A stretch of 64,000 bases of DNA. It comes from Camelus dromedarius. Lineage: Eukaryota. Below are positions 40,463-52,465 of this stretch, in pieces (the stretch's first letter is position 1; each line of letters begins with the position of its first letter). The notes beneath the pieces were generated by a model. The model searched no databases. It was not told where the DNA came from and saw only the letters and a program-made list of their open reading frames with translations. The position numbers were made by a program, and so were the translations under genes. The stretch is taken from assembly GCF_036321535.1 (NCBI RefSeq), contig NC_087437.1:72356001-72420000 (forward strand). The letters are read 5' to 3'.

Positions 40463-41313
40463 GTAAGGCACTTTTTCTTATATTTCTCAGAGGGTTTTGG
40501 AGGCAATGTTTTCCTTTTCTGATCTTAGTAAGATGTGTTGTTTATGTCAAGTAGATAATGGTAGATGAAACCAAGTAGTTAGATTTGCTCACTTAAAGAC
40601 ATTATAGGACATAAACCAAATGAAAACACAGTTATTAAGTCGTAGCTTGGCTGGTTTTCTTAAAAACATGTTCTAATGGTAGGAAAAGAGAATTGAGCAG
40701 ACCCTATAAATAGATCAGTACAAATTTTTCACTACTACTAGAAAAATACTCCAGATGCTCTACTGATGGTGAATAAATAGCTTGATCTTTCCAAACTGAG
40801 GCTAGAGGAGTGTTGAGGTGCTCAGCTGGGTAGGATAGGTGTTGGATAACTCAAGTTATACCTGACGCCATGGTTACTCTTAAATGATGTGACTAAATAG
40901 AATCTCGCTACTTGCTTCGGTGGGGTAGGTGCCTTGAGACTCCTGAATGAGACAGTGCTGAGAAATATGGGACGGAAGCATTTCATCTCTGCTTCTATTA
41001 CGTTGAAAGAGAATGGGTCCCCTTTGGGCGTAATTGGACATAGGAAACAGCTTGAATTCTTCATAGATGATGTTTGGCCACTTCTGCAAAGATTTTATGC
41101 AGGCAAAAAAGTGATTTCCCTTGCTCCTTCACATTGTCACAGGTGCCTGCATATTGCAAAGAGGGAAGGGCTACAAAATGCTAGTGGAAGTTTCTGATTT
41201 CCTGGTTTCAAATATCCTGCCTTATTATCCCCACAAGCAAACATACTTTTATCAGTTTTTTTTCTGATTTTTTTTTATTGTGTTGGTTTCAGCTGTATAG
41301 CAAAGTGATTTGG

Positions 41314-41420
<107 letters not shown>

Positions 41421-42809
41421 CTGTATACCTATATTCTTCTTTGATTCTTTTCCATTATAGTTTATTACAAGATATTGAATACAGTTCCCTGTGCTATACA
41501 GTAAATCCTTGTTGTTCCTTGTCAGTTTTAAATCAGAAAATACAGTCCCTGAAATCCTACATGATGTCATCTTCGGTTCTGGAACTGTGAGGTTTGGAAT
41601 TTGTCTTTGTGATGCCGGGATGACACACAACCAAGTGCAAAATGAAAGTCCCCTTCAGTCATCTAAGCATTTTCATGTTTGTAAGTATGTGCTATTATGT
41701 TGACGGAGTGCTTAGATGGCTGGCTGGATTTTTCACTTTCTATCAGATGCCTACAATCACATAGCTACAACGGAAGTCAAATATTATTAAACAGAAATCA
41801 TATTGGCTGGGAGAATATGTAAACTATTCTTTGTGAAATGAAGTAAATGAATGTTCAGTGATATATCACGCTGGGAGTATGGTACAATATCTGCTCCTCC
41901 TCTCGATGTGCTTACTAAAACGGACTTGGCTGTTAGAATTGGGTTCATTTACGGGCTCTGCCATTTACTGTGTGACCTTGGTTAAGTTTCTTATCCTCTC
42001 TTATTCATTTGTAAAATAGAGATAATAATAATTGTACCTCAATTATGGGCCCACTGTGAAGACCTGGCACAGTAAGTGCACGTAAGAAAAGTCTGATAAA
42101 CATTAATGGTATTTTTACTAATATCCTTTACATCAAGCCACCCCCACAAAATTCAGTTAAATGAGAAACAAGTTTTAACATCATCATTTAAAATAATTGA
42201 GTTTTTGAAGCTAAAATAAAATGAATACATGAAATAGATTGTACAATATATTTAGCCAAAAATATAGTGACTTCGAATTATCTGAAAAATGAAACAGAAA
42301 GCCTTGGACAAAGTACAGGCCAGGTATCTTATACAGCAGTTGATGCATTGCAGTGGTACTTGAATTAAATTAAGGATACAGGTTGAGATAAGGAATGTTT
42401 GGTGAGCTTTGTTCTCCTGGACAGAGCTAATGGGTCTGTTCCTTAAGACCTCATTAATTTTTAACCTTTATATCTTGGGGATTTCCTATAGTTCACTTAA
42501 TTACTGAATTCTTTACACTGGCACAGTTTCAAAGTGTTTAAAAATAATAAAAAAAAAAATTTTCCCTCCACTTCAAAGCAATTTGAGGTCTGTGTGCCTC
42601 TTCCCGAGAATGAGGCTACATCAATAGTAAGGTCATAGAAAAGGTAATGTTATCTACAAACAGCCTGTCTAAGGTCTTTCTTTATAATGAAATAACACAA
42701 TATAATGCTCGCTTGCTTTTGTGTTTCTCAAAAAATATTAGGGGGAACTCTGCTCCTTTGTGTCCAGCATATTATTTCTGTCTAGATGAAAGTATTAAAA
42801 GTGTCAGCG

Positions 42810-43710
42810 CATACACATGGACAGATGGCAGGTGATGCTGATGAGAACTAGGCTGCAGGTGGAGATGCCCCTTTCAGTCACCTGCTCATCCCCAATGAGC
42901 AGCTTCCGCTGTGAGGCCCCAGACCACTTGTTCAATTGAGCATCAATTGAGGATTCCACCTTCAAGCAGCCAGGAGCGCAGCAGTTTATGTCTGGCTACT
43001 GCTTGGCACTGTATATGATCCTGAATGAAGCCAGGAGGAAGTCTCTGATTGATCACTGTTTATTCTAATAAATCATCCTAATCTGGACTAGAACCAGAGA
43101 ACACATATAGTTTGGCTCTTTTGAGAACAGAGAGGTTGAGGCCAAGTCTCTGTTTGGGTCTTGCCTGTGTTCTCTTTCTCCTTTATTGTGCTGATTCAGT
43201 GTGTTCCATGGATCCATACTTCACATCCCTCCCAGATTGTGTTTCTCCACCATGAACAGACGTTATCCTTTGTTCAAAGCAGAAACACCAGGGCAGAAGG
43301 TGCTCAGTATCTGTCTCTTGCTTTCAAGTCTGATTTTGTAACACAGCATCTTTATCAGGCTTATTTCTCTGAATCTACCTACTTGTTCCTACTGGAAAAT
43401 GCAAATCGTCTGCCAGAGACAGAGCCCTGCCTTCTGCCAGTGCCCATGTATTGTTATCACAAAAATGCCTGCCATAAAATATGACTACCTCCTACATAAA
43501 TGTTTAGGAATACATCCTGCAGCTGCAGGGTTTCCTGGATTAAGGTATGAAAAGACTAACCCCTGTGTTGATCACAGCCTTGAATAGACTTTTCTAACAC
43601 TGAGCTCTTTAATTAATTACCGCTTCCTCTGTCCCACTATCAAAATTTCCTCTTATTATAACATTGAAGTCAGATAGTTTATCTTGCTTCACTGGGACTT
43701 TCCTTCTTAA
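42810..43710. promoter_or_regulatory. Candidate lymphocyte enhancer in BTLA intron 1
   Basis: E-boxes at 42814, 42822, 42829, 42856, 42879; GAGGAAGT 43035; GGAAAA overlapping ATGCAAAT 43394-43406; GGGACTTTCC 43694-43703. Motif evidence only. Confidence 0.4.
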
Positions 43711-43814
43711 TTTCCATTATTTGTGAATTTCAGAGTTGTTGAAAGAAAAATGTTCACAAACACTTGTAATCACGTGCAAACACAAAATCCCCCTTTTGCA
43801 TTGTTCCTTAGAGA

Positions 43815-44040
43815 GGCAGTGGTGGAGCGGGTAAGGTCAGGGACTCTGGAGTATTAGATCACCCTCCCATCGCTGCCATTTGCTGGTTGTATGACTGTAA
43901 CCTCTCTGGTTCTCTTTCCTTATCTAAACAACGGGGACAATAATGATATTGACCTTACAGGGTTGCTGTAACTATTAAGTGAATTAATTCTCTAAGGCTC
44001 TTAGGACAGTGCCTGATGCATTTTAACTGCTATGTAAGTT
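43815..44040. mobile_element. MIR SINE remnant
   Basis: MIR core-like 'aacctctctg..ttccttatctaaa.aa.gggacaataat..accttacagggttgctgt'. Confidence 0.65.
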
Positions 44041-47000
44041 TGGCTAATAATGTTTTAGTTTTTTGTTTGTTTGTGTTTCAGTCCAAAATTTAATTAGCTT
44101 GATAGTTCCCTTAAAGTAGCATTGGGTGATCGTCTCTCATTTGGGATTGACAAAAATAGTCTATGAAAGACTCTTGACATCATTATCTGCTATCATCCCC
44201 AATCACCAAGAAATGAGAAAAGAGTTTGGGAGTCCTGAGACTTGAGTTACATCGTGTCGATGAATTATTGTATCATAAGCAATTTGCTTCACTTTTCTAA
44301 TTTTCTTCACTCCCTTACATCAAAATAAACTTAGTATTTTCCACCTTTCTGGCATCCTTTCATGGTTACAGACTCTAATTTCCATGCTTATCTCTGTGGA
44401 AGAAAGTACTGTGTGCCTGTGTCTGTGGATACACATGCAGGTATTGTGTTCATATGCTCAGAATCTAAACATGTACAAGTTGAGGTTCTCTTTGAACACA
44501 GTCCGGGAGAATGTTAGAGGGGCCATCTGGGCTGGTCACAGGGAAGTGTTAGGTTTAGCTGGTAGAACCCTTAACTTTTCTTAGCTTTTCTCCTTCCTGA
44601 TAGCCACATTTATCTTATGAACATAACCTGGAACTTGCATATCTCACAAACAGCCCATTGTCCAGAAGTAGCCATAAGGAAGGCTGCAACATTTCGGTTC
44701 TAGCTGGGTGGTGATGGCTCCATTTCTTTTTCTCCTGTGATATTAGGAGAAGAGAATTAATATTGGGGGACAACTGGCACTTCTGCCCACACAGATAATG
44801 TTAAATATCTTCTAGAATTTGAGAAATGCCAGTGAATCTCAGTGTGATCCCTGCGGTAGAATGGATTAGGAAGGTGAGGGAATATTTGGGAGAGAAGCAG
44901 AGATGGACTTTCCCTGTGTCCTTCCAACAACACATAACCCACGATTACTCTGAACAACACATGTAACCCCTCTATCACTGAAGGCAATACTTAGAAATAC
45001 ATTGGTTTCTTACAAAATGCCAATGGCTCTCTTGGATGCTACTGTCCACAGCTTCTAAGGTATGTTCCAGGCGTTTCCTGCCCTGCTTTTCCTGCCTTGA
45101 AGTCACTGTGACCAAGGTGGAGGGCCTACCATCTCCGAAGGACGAGCCCACCTGTGCCAGACAGGCTTCCTTGCCCAGAACTATTCTCCAGATTGTCAAC
45201 ATGAATCATTTTACTTTCAGGCCTATTGAACTGGCTAAATACATTTGCTGTTCCAGAGACCTAATTACATACTGGCCAACGAATTCTCCACCAGATACTT
45301 ATCTCTGTCATATAGGGCAGGCAGAATGCTGAAGGACTGGAATGGGTCCTCTGGTCTGGGGAGACAAAGTCAGTGACCAATAGGGTAAAACCATAGGGGG
45401 ACATTTGTCATTTGGTAGAAATGTAATGAAGAAGTACTGAGAGACGTCTTAAGAAAATACCCAAAGATGAAGGTTTTTTTACTTCCTAGTTTTAACCAAG
45501 GCTGGTCTTCCTGATTAGTAAAATTCTGAAGAATTTTATGCCTCACATAAAGGACAGTTTTCTGCGGGATGTACCGCCTTTTCTATCTGTTATATTTGGC
45601 CGGTGACTAGACCAGTCATTATGTATCACTGCCGATCCCCGAAAGCAGCTGGAAATAACTATTCAGAGAGAGGCACCAGGGGCAGACCTTCTGGGTTTCC
45701 ACCTTGTCTCTGCCACCCGCAGGCCTGTGGCCTTGGATGTGTCAACTGTTGTGGCACGTCCCTAAATCCATCCTATCCAAAAAATAGTAACACCTGGCAT
45801 TTATTATTATGCATTATGAGCCAAGCATAGAGCTAACAACCCTCCGAAGGTGTTCTCATTCACATACCATCTTAAGGAGATTTTAAAGAGGAAATAGTAA
45901 TAGAAGATGAGCGCAAAAATTCTATTTTCTCAATTCATGGTCTTTGTTTTTCAGATGAAGGGAATAAATATGGATTCATGCCATATAGATTCTTGGTGTG
46001 AAGTTAGTTCTTTTCAGTTTTATTTTTGCTAAAGGGGCTTCACATTATGTAAGTCTCTCTCCTTTTGTATGTGTGTGCGTGGGTACATGTGTGTGTATAC
46101 GTGTGTGTGTGAGATATGTGTGAGTGTGTGGTATATATGTGTTCAGGCAAGGAGGAGTTGCCTATCCTTGTCTGGAGATCAGTGTCAGACAATATCCAGA
46201 GAGAAGAAGATAAACTATTATTTCACTTTTATGCCAGGGAGCGCTATTACATTATGTGCTGTTTGTCAGGTGGCTCTCCCTGTAAGGACTGAGGCTCTTT
46301 CATCTCACCGTAGGAGCTGAGGCCCAGTCAGTGTTCACTGTGTCCCTGAGGGATCAAGCCACGGGGTTTTTCTTTAACAATGGTCATCCTTTAAAATAGA
46401 AGCTCCGCTTTTAACAATGTGATGTGTGCGTCATTCTTATTCAAATTTCCCCAGATATTCCTACCACTTCTGGGAATATCTGATTTACGGAGCGGGTTTG
46501 CTTACCACAGAGTTAAACTAATGAGTTTAATCAACAGAATACAACATTAAATTAGTGGTTTCTGTATGCGATGGAATTCCCCCACCCTCATATCCTGTCA
46601 CATTTCTGATTTGAGGAGTCTGTGCCAGCTGATTTGTGATGGGAAGTATGCCCCGTGGGCTTTCTGCTGTTGTGCATGAGATTCCCTGAGGCTCTCCCGG
46701 TGGATGTCCTTCCAGGATCTTTGATGTGTGATTACATGGCTGCTGTCACTGTGTGTGGACTTTTCACAGGACCCCTAAGCCACACCAGTTTGCTAGGGAA
46801 GAGGATCCTGTTTTCCTTACCTTACTAGTAATCATCTCTCCCCTGACCTCTACCCCTCCAGCACTCTGCAGCAAGGCAGACCATCCCGTCAGCATCCCCT
46901 GAAGGCATGTTTCCTCCTGAGTCTACAGCCTTCTCTCCTTCTGAGGTCTCCCCATCATGTATCTGTAATTTGTTTGTTGTTTCTCTATTACAGTATCTTC

Positions 47001-48236
47001 TGATAGAAGCTAAAATCCTGGTTCATGTCACAGAAAATTATTGCTGTTTTACACCTTTCATAATTATTTTAGTTTTTCAAGAATTATTTGTTTACACATT
47101 TATGGTCAACTGTAACTCTGTCTTCGGTCAAATTAAGGCAATCTACATTTATGGCAGCATTCATTTCCTTCAGTGATTGTAACTATTTTGATCTTTTCAT
47201 AAATCTGAAAGAATGTTTCAATGGGGAGATAGTCAAAGTCAACTGGGATTTCCTCATGGTAATAGTTATAATCAAGACATATGGTCTTTAAAAGTAAGAA
47301 ACGATTGTATTTCGTGCAACATTCATAACCAGGAGCATCTTTATTTTAGTAGCTAATCAGTTTCACAAATTCCTTAGTGTTTTCAGCACGTGTGGTATTT
47401 ATACCAGCAGCCATACTTGCTCAGCCTGAAAGTACTGGACCAGGGAGTATTTTGTGGCTGGTGTGCCTTTCTGATTGGCTGATCTAGGTATCTGGTGACC
47501 ATGGGGTGTCACTTCTTAAATATACTGAATATCACCTCTCAATGAACATAAATCAGGCCTTTCTACACTGCATACTGGTATGGTCTAGTTTTTTTTTTAA
47601 TCACCAAAGGGTATGTTGAGTTGCACATAATCTTCACCTCAATGTCTTTAGTCCACCTCTCTAAGGGCTCAGTGGCCTTAGTGTACAGAGAGCATTAGAG
47701 CTGTGATATCAGATTTTCCTCTTCATGAAGCTCTCTCTGTTCAGTCTCAGTGTACATCATACCTCTTCATACCTTTTCTGAGGCCATCTCATCCCATCAA
47801 GAAGGGATCGTAGACCAGATCGGAAGACAGATGCATAAACACGTATTTAACTATAATAGAATGGTACATGTCACACAAAACAGCGTGGAACATTTACTGG
47901 GGGTAACATCAAGTGGACTTGGGTTGCTGGAATATGTGTGTGGCGGGTTAGTTTGCATAAAGAAGCAGGGGCTAAATGCCATTTGATGAAGTCTGGACAT
48001 TATCTTGCAGGCATTGAAGAATCTTTGAAAGGTTTTAGGGAAAATCTTGCAATTAGATTTTCATTTTAAAAATGTAAACTGCGACAGTGATGTCGAGAAT
48101 GAATTGGAGTAGGGGAGGGGGAAAAGGCCAAGTTTGGAATGTAGAAATCTAGGTGGTCATCTGTGACAGTAACCTTCGTGAAATAGAATGAGACCCAAAT
48201 TACGACAGTGGCATAAAAACAAAGTTGAAAGATATT

Positions 48237-48512
48237 AAGATTTCAAAATTTGTAGATAATGACAGGCATATGCAGAACAGATAAACAAGATTATACTGTA
48301 TAGCACAGGGAAATATATGCAAGATCTTGTGGTAGCTCACAGTGAAAAAAAAATGTGACAATGAATATATGTATGTTCATGTATAACAGAAAAAGTTTGC
48401 TGTACATTGGAATTTGACACAACATTGTAAAATGACTATAACTCAATAAAAAATGTTAAAAAAATAAACAAAAGCAAACAACAACAAAAAAAACCAAACA
48501 AACAAACAAAAA
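48237..48512 (+). mobile_element. Short young LINE-1 3' UTR fragment with A-rich tail
   Basis: Similar to the reverse complement of 19907-20130; AATAAA and (CAAA)n tail; TSD GAAAGATATT at 48227-48236 and 48513-48522. Confidence 0.9.
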
Positions 48513-48890
48513 GAAAGATATTTTGGATGCTGAGTTAACTTAACCTGGTAACTGATGAAATGGAGTGAGACCAAGATGGGACCCAGGTTCTGGCCCACGT
48601 GATTAGGTAGATGACAGTATTATACTGTGGTAATGGGAGGAGGACCCGATTAGTGCTGGGGTGGGATTTGAAACAGAAGAAAATTCAAGCTCCTCCTTGA
48701 AGCCTTTCTTGATTACCCAGCCAGAAGGGCTCTCTCTCTCTCTCTCAGAGATCTGAAAACTCTAAGAGATTGTATCTTGTTCAAGATAATTATATTTAAA
48801 AAAAATCTGATGAGAAAGCTGAAGAGACAAGTGAGCTCTTTCTGCATCCCCTTTGCACTAGAAACTGTCCTATTACTAAATAGTCATGAA

Positions 48891-50015
48891 CAGTGGGATG
48901 TCCACACCCCTGGGTGTGGGCAGTAAGTGGGTGCCTTCTCTGTATAGAGTTTTAAAGCAAAAAAATTTGGTCTACTTTTAATGACCACAATATGCCAGTA
49001 ATTCTGAACAATATCAGTGATAAAATATCCCCTCCCCCCCAAAAAATTTTTGGTCTAAGTTCTAAATAATTACTCTGGTTACTCCTGAGTTTGAATAATA
49101 TGTGTGTAAGTTTCAAATTAGCACATTTTCAGTACTTCCCCTTTCATAAACATCACATCTACGTAAAAGTTATCTCAGAGAACATCCCGGTTAGAGAGCT
49201 GCCCCTGAACACATACAAGTTCAGCTACATGTATTTACTTCAAAAGTAAATTCATAATGTTCAGAATCATTTGAACTTGCTTCAAGTAGTTTGTGTCTCC
49301 AACCCCTGTGGTACTACTTATTGCTGCATTTACACAGTAGATTTTAAATGAACAGTAATACCACAGTGATTATAGAGATACAGAAACAGAATATGAGTGG
49401 TTTCATTTCTTTCATTCTATGCAATCATTTTGAATATTTATTTGTTTAAAATTTTAAAAAGTAAAGCAAAGTACAAACTGGGAGGCACAACTTTTTTTCA
49501 TTCATGAACTAAAATTTATATATGAAATGTTTTATTAATATCTTTACAATTGAGATGTATTTTTCTCTATAAAGCAATGTTTTAAATTTAAAGAATGAAT
49601 TAAGAAAATTAAACTTTACCTTAGTGGTACAATTTGGTAGTTGTCTAAATTGTATCTTTTAGAGAATTTCCATTTTAGTAACATTCACTTATTAATTACT
49701 GGAAAATTATATAAACTTAAGTATTAGGCTATAACTAAAGAATTGAAGTTTATGCTATTTAGGTGGATATAAAATTATTAAATATCTGCACATTTTTCCT
49801 TTTTGTATTCTATTATTATTTTTCAAGTATTTTTTTAACTTGCATCATTTTATGCATGAAGTTTAATGAGAGAAAATATTCACTGTCTATGTTTCTTTTT
49901 AGACCATTTTATTATTTGTTTCATTTAATGATTACTTCCGAATATTTTTCCATATAGAAAAAGGGATTGTTAAAAATGATGCACTCTGGGCATCAACTAT
50001 GCTAAGTACACCCTA
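48891..50015. mobile_element. Arthur1-like hAT-Tip100 DNA transposon (internally deleted)
   Basis: CAGTGG start, recalled Arthur1 subterminal sequence, near-perfect 8-bp TSD GTCATGAA (48883-48890) / GTCATGGA (50016-50023). Confidence 0.6.
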
Positions 50016-50743
50016 GTCATGGAATGTACATACTCTCATAATTCAGTAGTGGTGTTCATAAGGATTTTTAAAAACCTACAGTGACTTAAAAAGGGATACT
50101 TCATATGAGAGCCTGAGGATGGTAGAGAGTGCATCATTCACTGCATGCATTTATTTTAATTATTTTTAGCATTGAAAATTCCCTACCATTAGATATGAAT
50201 GTTTGAGAAAAATAGCAGTAATAACAATAATTAACATTGACTGATAAATCCCAGCCAAAAGCGGCTGAGATCTTCGTTCCTCTTCAGAAAATGTTTGTTT
50301 TATGAGACAAACCCTTGGGGACAGCTTTGGATATCCTGAGTGTCACAGATGATTTTACATACTTCAGGACAAGCAGCAAAAAAGTGTCAACATGCTTCTC
50401 AAATGGAAAGTTAGAATTATGTCATTTAGCTTAGTGTATCAGTCCTGCTCTACAAACATCAGTTTCAGTATCAGGGAGATACGCAGTATTAATTATTTCT
50501 TTGTACAAAGAATGAGTACTGTCAATGACATTTAATGCCAGTTGGCAAGCCTCCATCTGTTCTTCCCTCCATTCAAGAAAAAATCCTATGCTGGTCAGTC
50601 AGTGTGACTGCCAATGATCTTCATTCTGCTGATAAGAATATGCAAGAACCGCAGTGATGTTTCCATTATCCTACTGCAAGTCATTGACGGGGTCAGGACT
50701 AACAGCTAGCTCTTCTCCACTCCTGACCCACTTTGTGCACTCC

Positions 50744-51261
50744 TATTACCGAGCCCAAGCTCATACTTCTTTTCACACAACAGGCCAATAAATCAAGAGA
50801 GGAATTGTTGAGACAACGAATAGCAACTTTATTCAGAAAGCCAGAAGACAGAGAAGATGATGGACTAGTGTTCCAGAGAACCATTTTGCCTGGGGTTTGG
50901 ATGCTAGTTTCTTTTTCAGAACAAAGAAGGGGAGGTGAGGAGGTAAAGTCAAAAAAGGAAATACGTCTTTAAAAATATTTCCTGGCTCTGACTAGACTCT
51001 GAAAGGGATGTATTAATGTCTTCTTTCCTGCAGCCATTCATGGGTAGGTCTGGTCAAGATGTTTCCTGTGAGTTTAAACAAAGGTATTTTAGCTTAACAC
51101 TCAGGCATGGGAGGCAGGGGTTCCAGGAGATGGGCCATTATGTACACCTTAAGCTATAAGCAACATCACTTTAATGGTTAACTTGTAGCAGAAGCAATAG
51201 ATACAAAGGTTAAAGTAAAAGAAATAGATCCAATATGGAGTCAGATTTGTTCCCTATTACA
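50744..51261 (-). mobile_element. ERV1-type solo LTR
   Basis: TATTACC..TATTACA termini, 4-bp TSD CTCC at 50740-50743 and 51262-51265. Confidence 0.8.
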
Positions 51262-51950
51262 CTCCCCAGCATACAGTCATGGAATGAGGGAACTAGAAGG
51301 GATCTTCAATAGTGCTACTAGCATTGGATGACAGCCCAATGGCTAAATAGAAAGGTAACATACTGTAATAGAACGAGAGACTTAGAAGTGTCAGACATAC
51401 GCTGAGGGAGATGGAGTTGCGTATGTGTTTGTATGTAAGAGAGGATAGTGGCTAAGACTTTTCCTATTTTTGTAGTCAATCCTTGCATCTTATTTTAAAG
51501 AAACTGAGGGCCAGTGAGACTGGGTGGCTGTCTCAACATCACACAGTCTTTTAGCATTTGAAGAACCATGTTCAAATGCATATTCTCATTTTCAGTTATT
51601 TACATACCCTTTATAAATATACCAAAAGACTCAGACTCTGTATTTTCTCATGGTGGATAACAAAGTTTACACTTCTTCTACCCAATGCTTATTCCATTTA
51701 TTCTGAAACAACTAGTGGTCTGCATGTCATTATTTTCAGAAAACCATGATCCAAGTGTGTATCAATTCCCTAAATCTTCCTGGAGATTCCTGGCCAGTCT
51801 GCCTTTGCCCTTCTGTTTCCCCAGTCTTAGAATACCTTCTCTGTTCTATTCACTGCTCTGGTTATCAAAGAGCTTCTCATTCACTAAGGTTTAGCTCATA
51901 TATGACCTTTGCATTCAGCCTTGCCCCTATAGTCCCAGTTGAAGTTATGC

Positions 51951-52465
51951 TGTTACCGAGTCCAAACTCATTTTGCTTGCTGTACTACAGGCCAATAAAA
52001 TGGGAGATGAGGTGTTGGGGCAAGTAATAACGATTTGATTCAGAAAGCCGACAGACTGAGAAAATGGCACACTAATGCCCTGGAGAACCATTTCCCCAAG
52101 TCAGAATTTAGGCTCCTTTTAAACTGAAAAGGGGGAGGGGGTGTGGTTAGTGTTGCAAACTTCTTAGTGTCAGGATCCTTTGTTCTTGCAGCTGTCCACG
52201 TAGGTCAGGTCATGATGTTCCTGTAAACCTCCAACAAGACAAATGTTATTTTATATTCTGCAACTTTTTTTTAATCTTTATATGAAAGGGAAAGTGTTAT
52301 ACCTTTAAAGGTCAGAGCCTTGAAAATAGGCTACCTTGTATATTTCAGGCTATATGCAACATTCTTTTACAAAAAATGCAGAACCAGCATGACTAAGTAC
52401 TGGAATAGGGTTAGAGCTAAAGGAACAGAGCTAATGTGGAATCACATTTGTTCTTCACTATTACA
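51951..52465 (-). mobile_element. ERV1-type solo LTR, related to the one at 50744
   Basis: TGTTACC..TATTACA termini, TSD ATGC (51947-51950) / ATTC (52466-52469); shares blocks with 50744-51261 (caggccaataaa, attcagaaagcc, agaaccattt). Confidence 0.78.

Noticed and set aside
50744..52465. A single deleted provirus with paired 5' and 3' LTRs
   Set aside because: Each LTR has its own TSD, they are clearly diverged, and I see no PBS or gag/pol remnant in the spacer.
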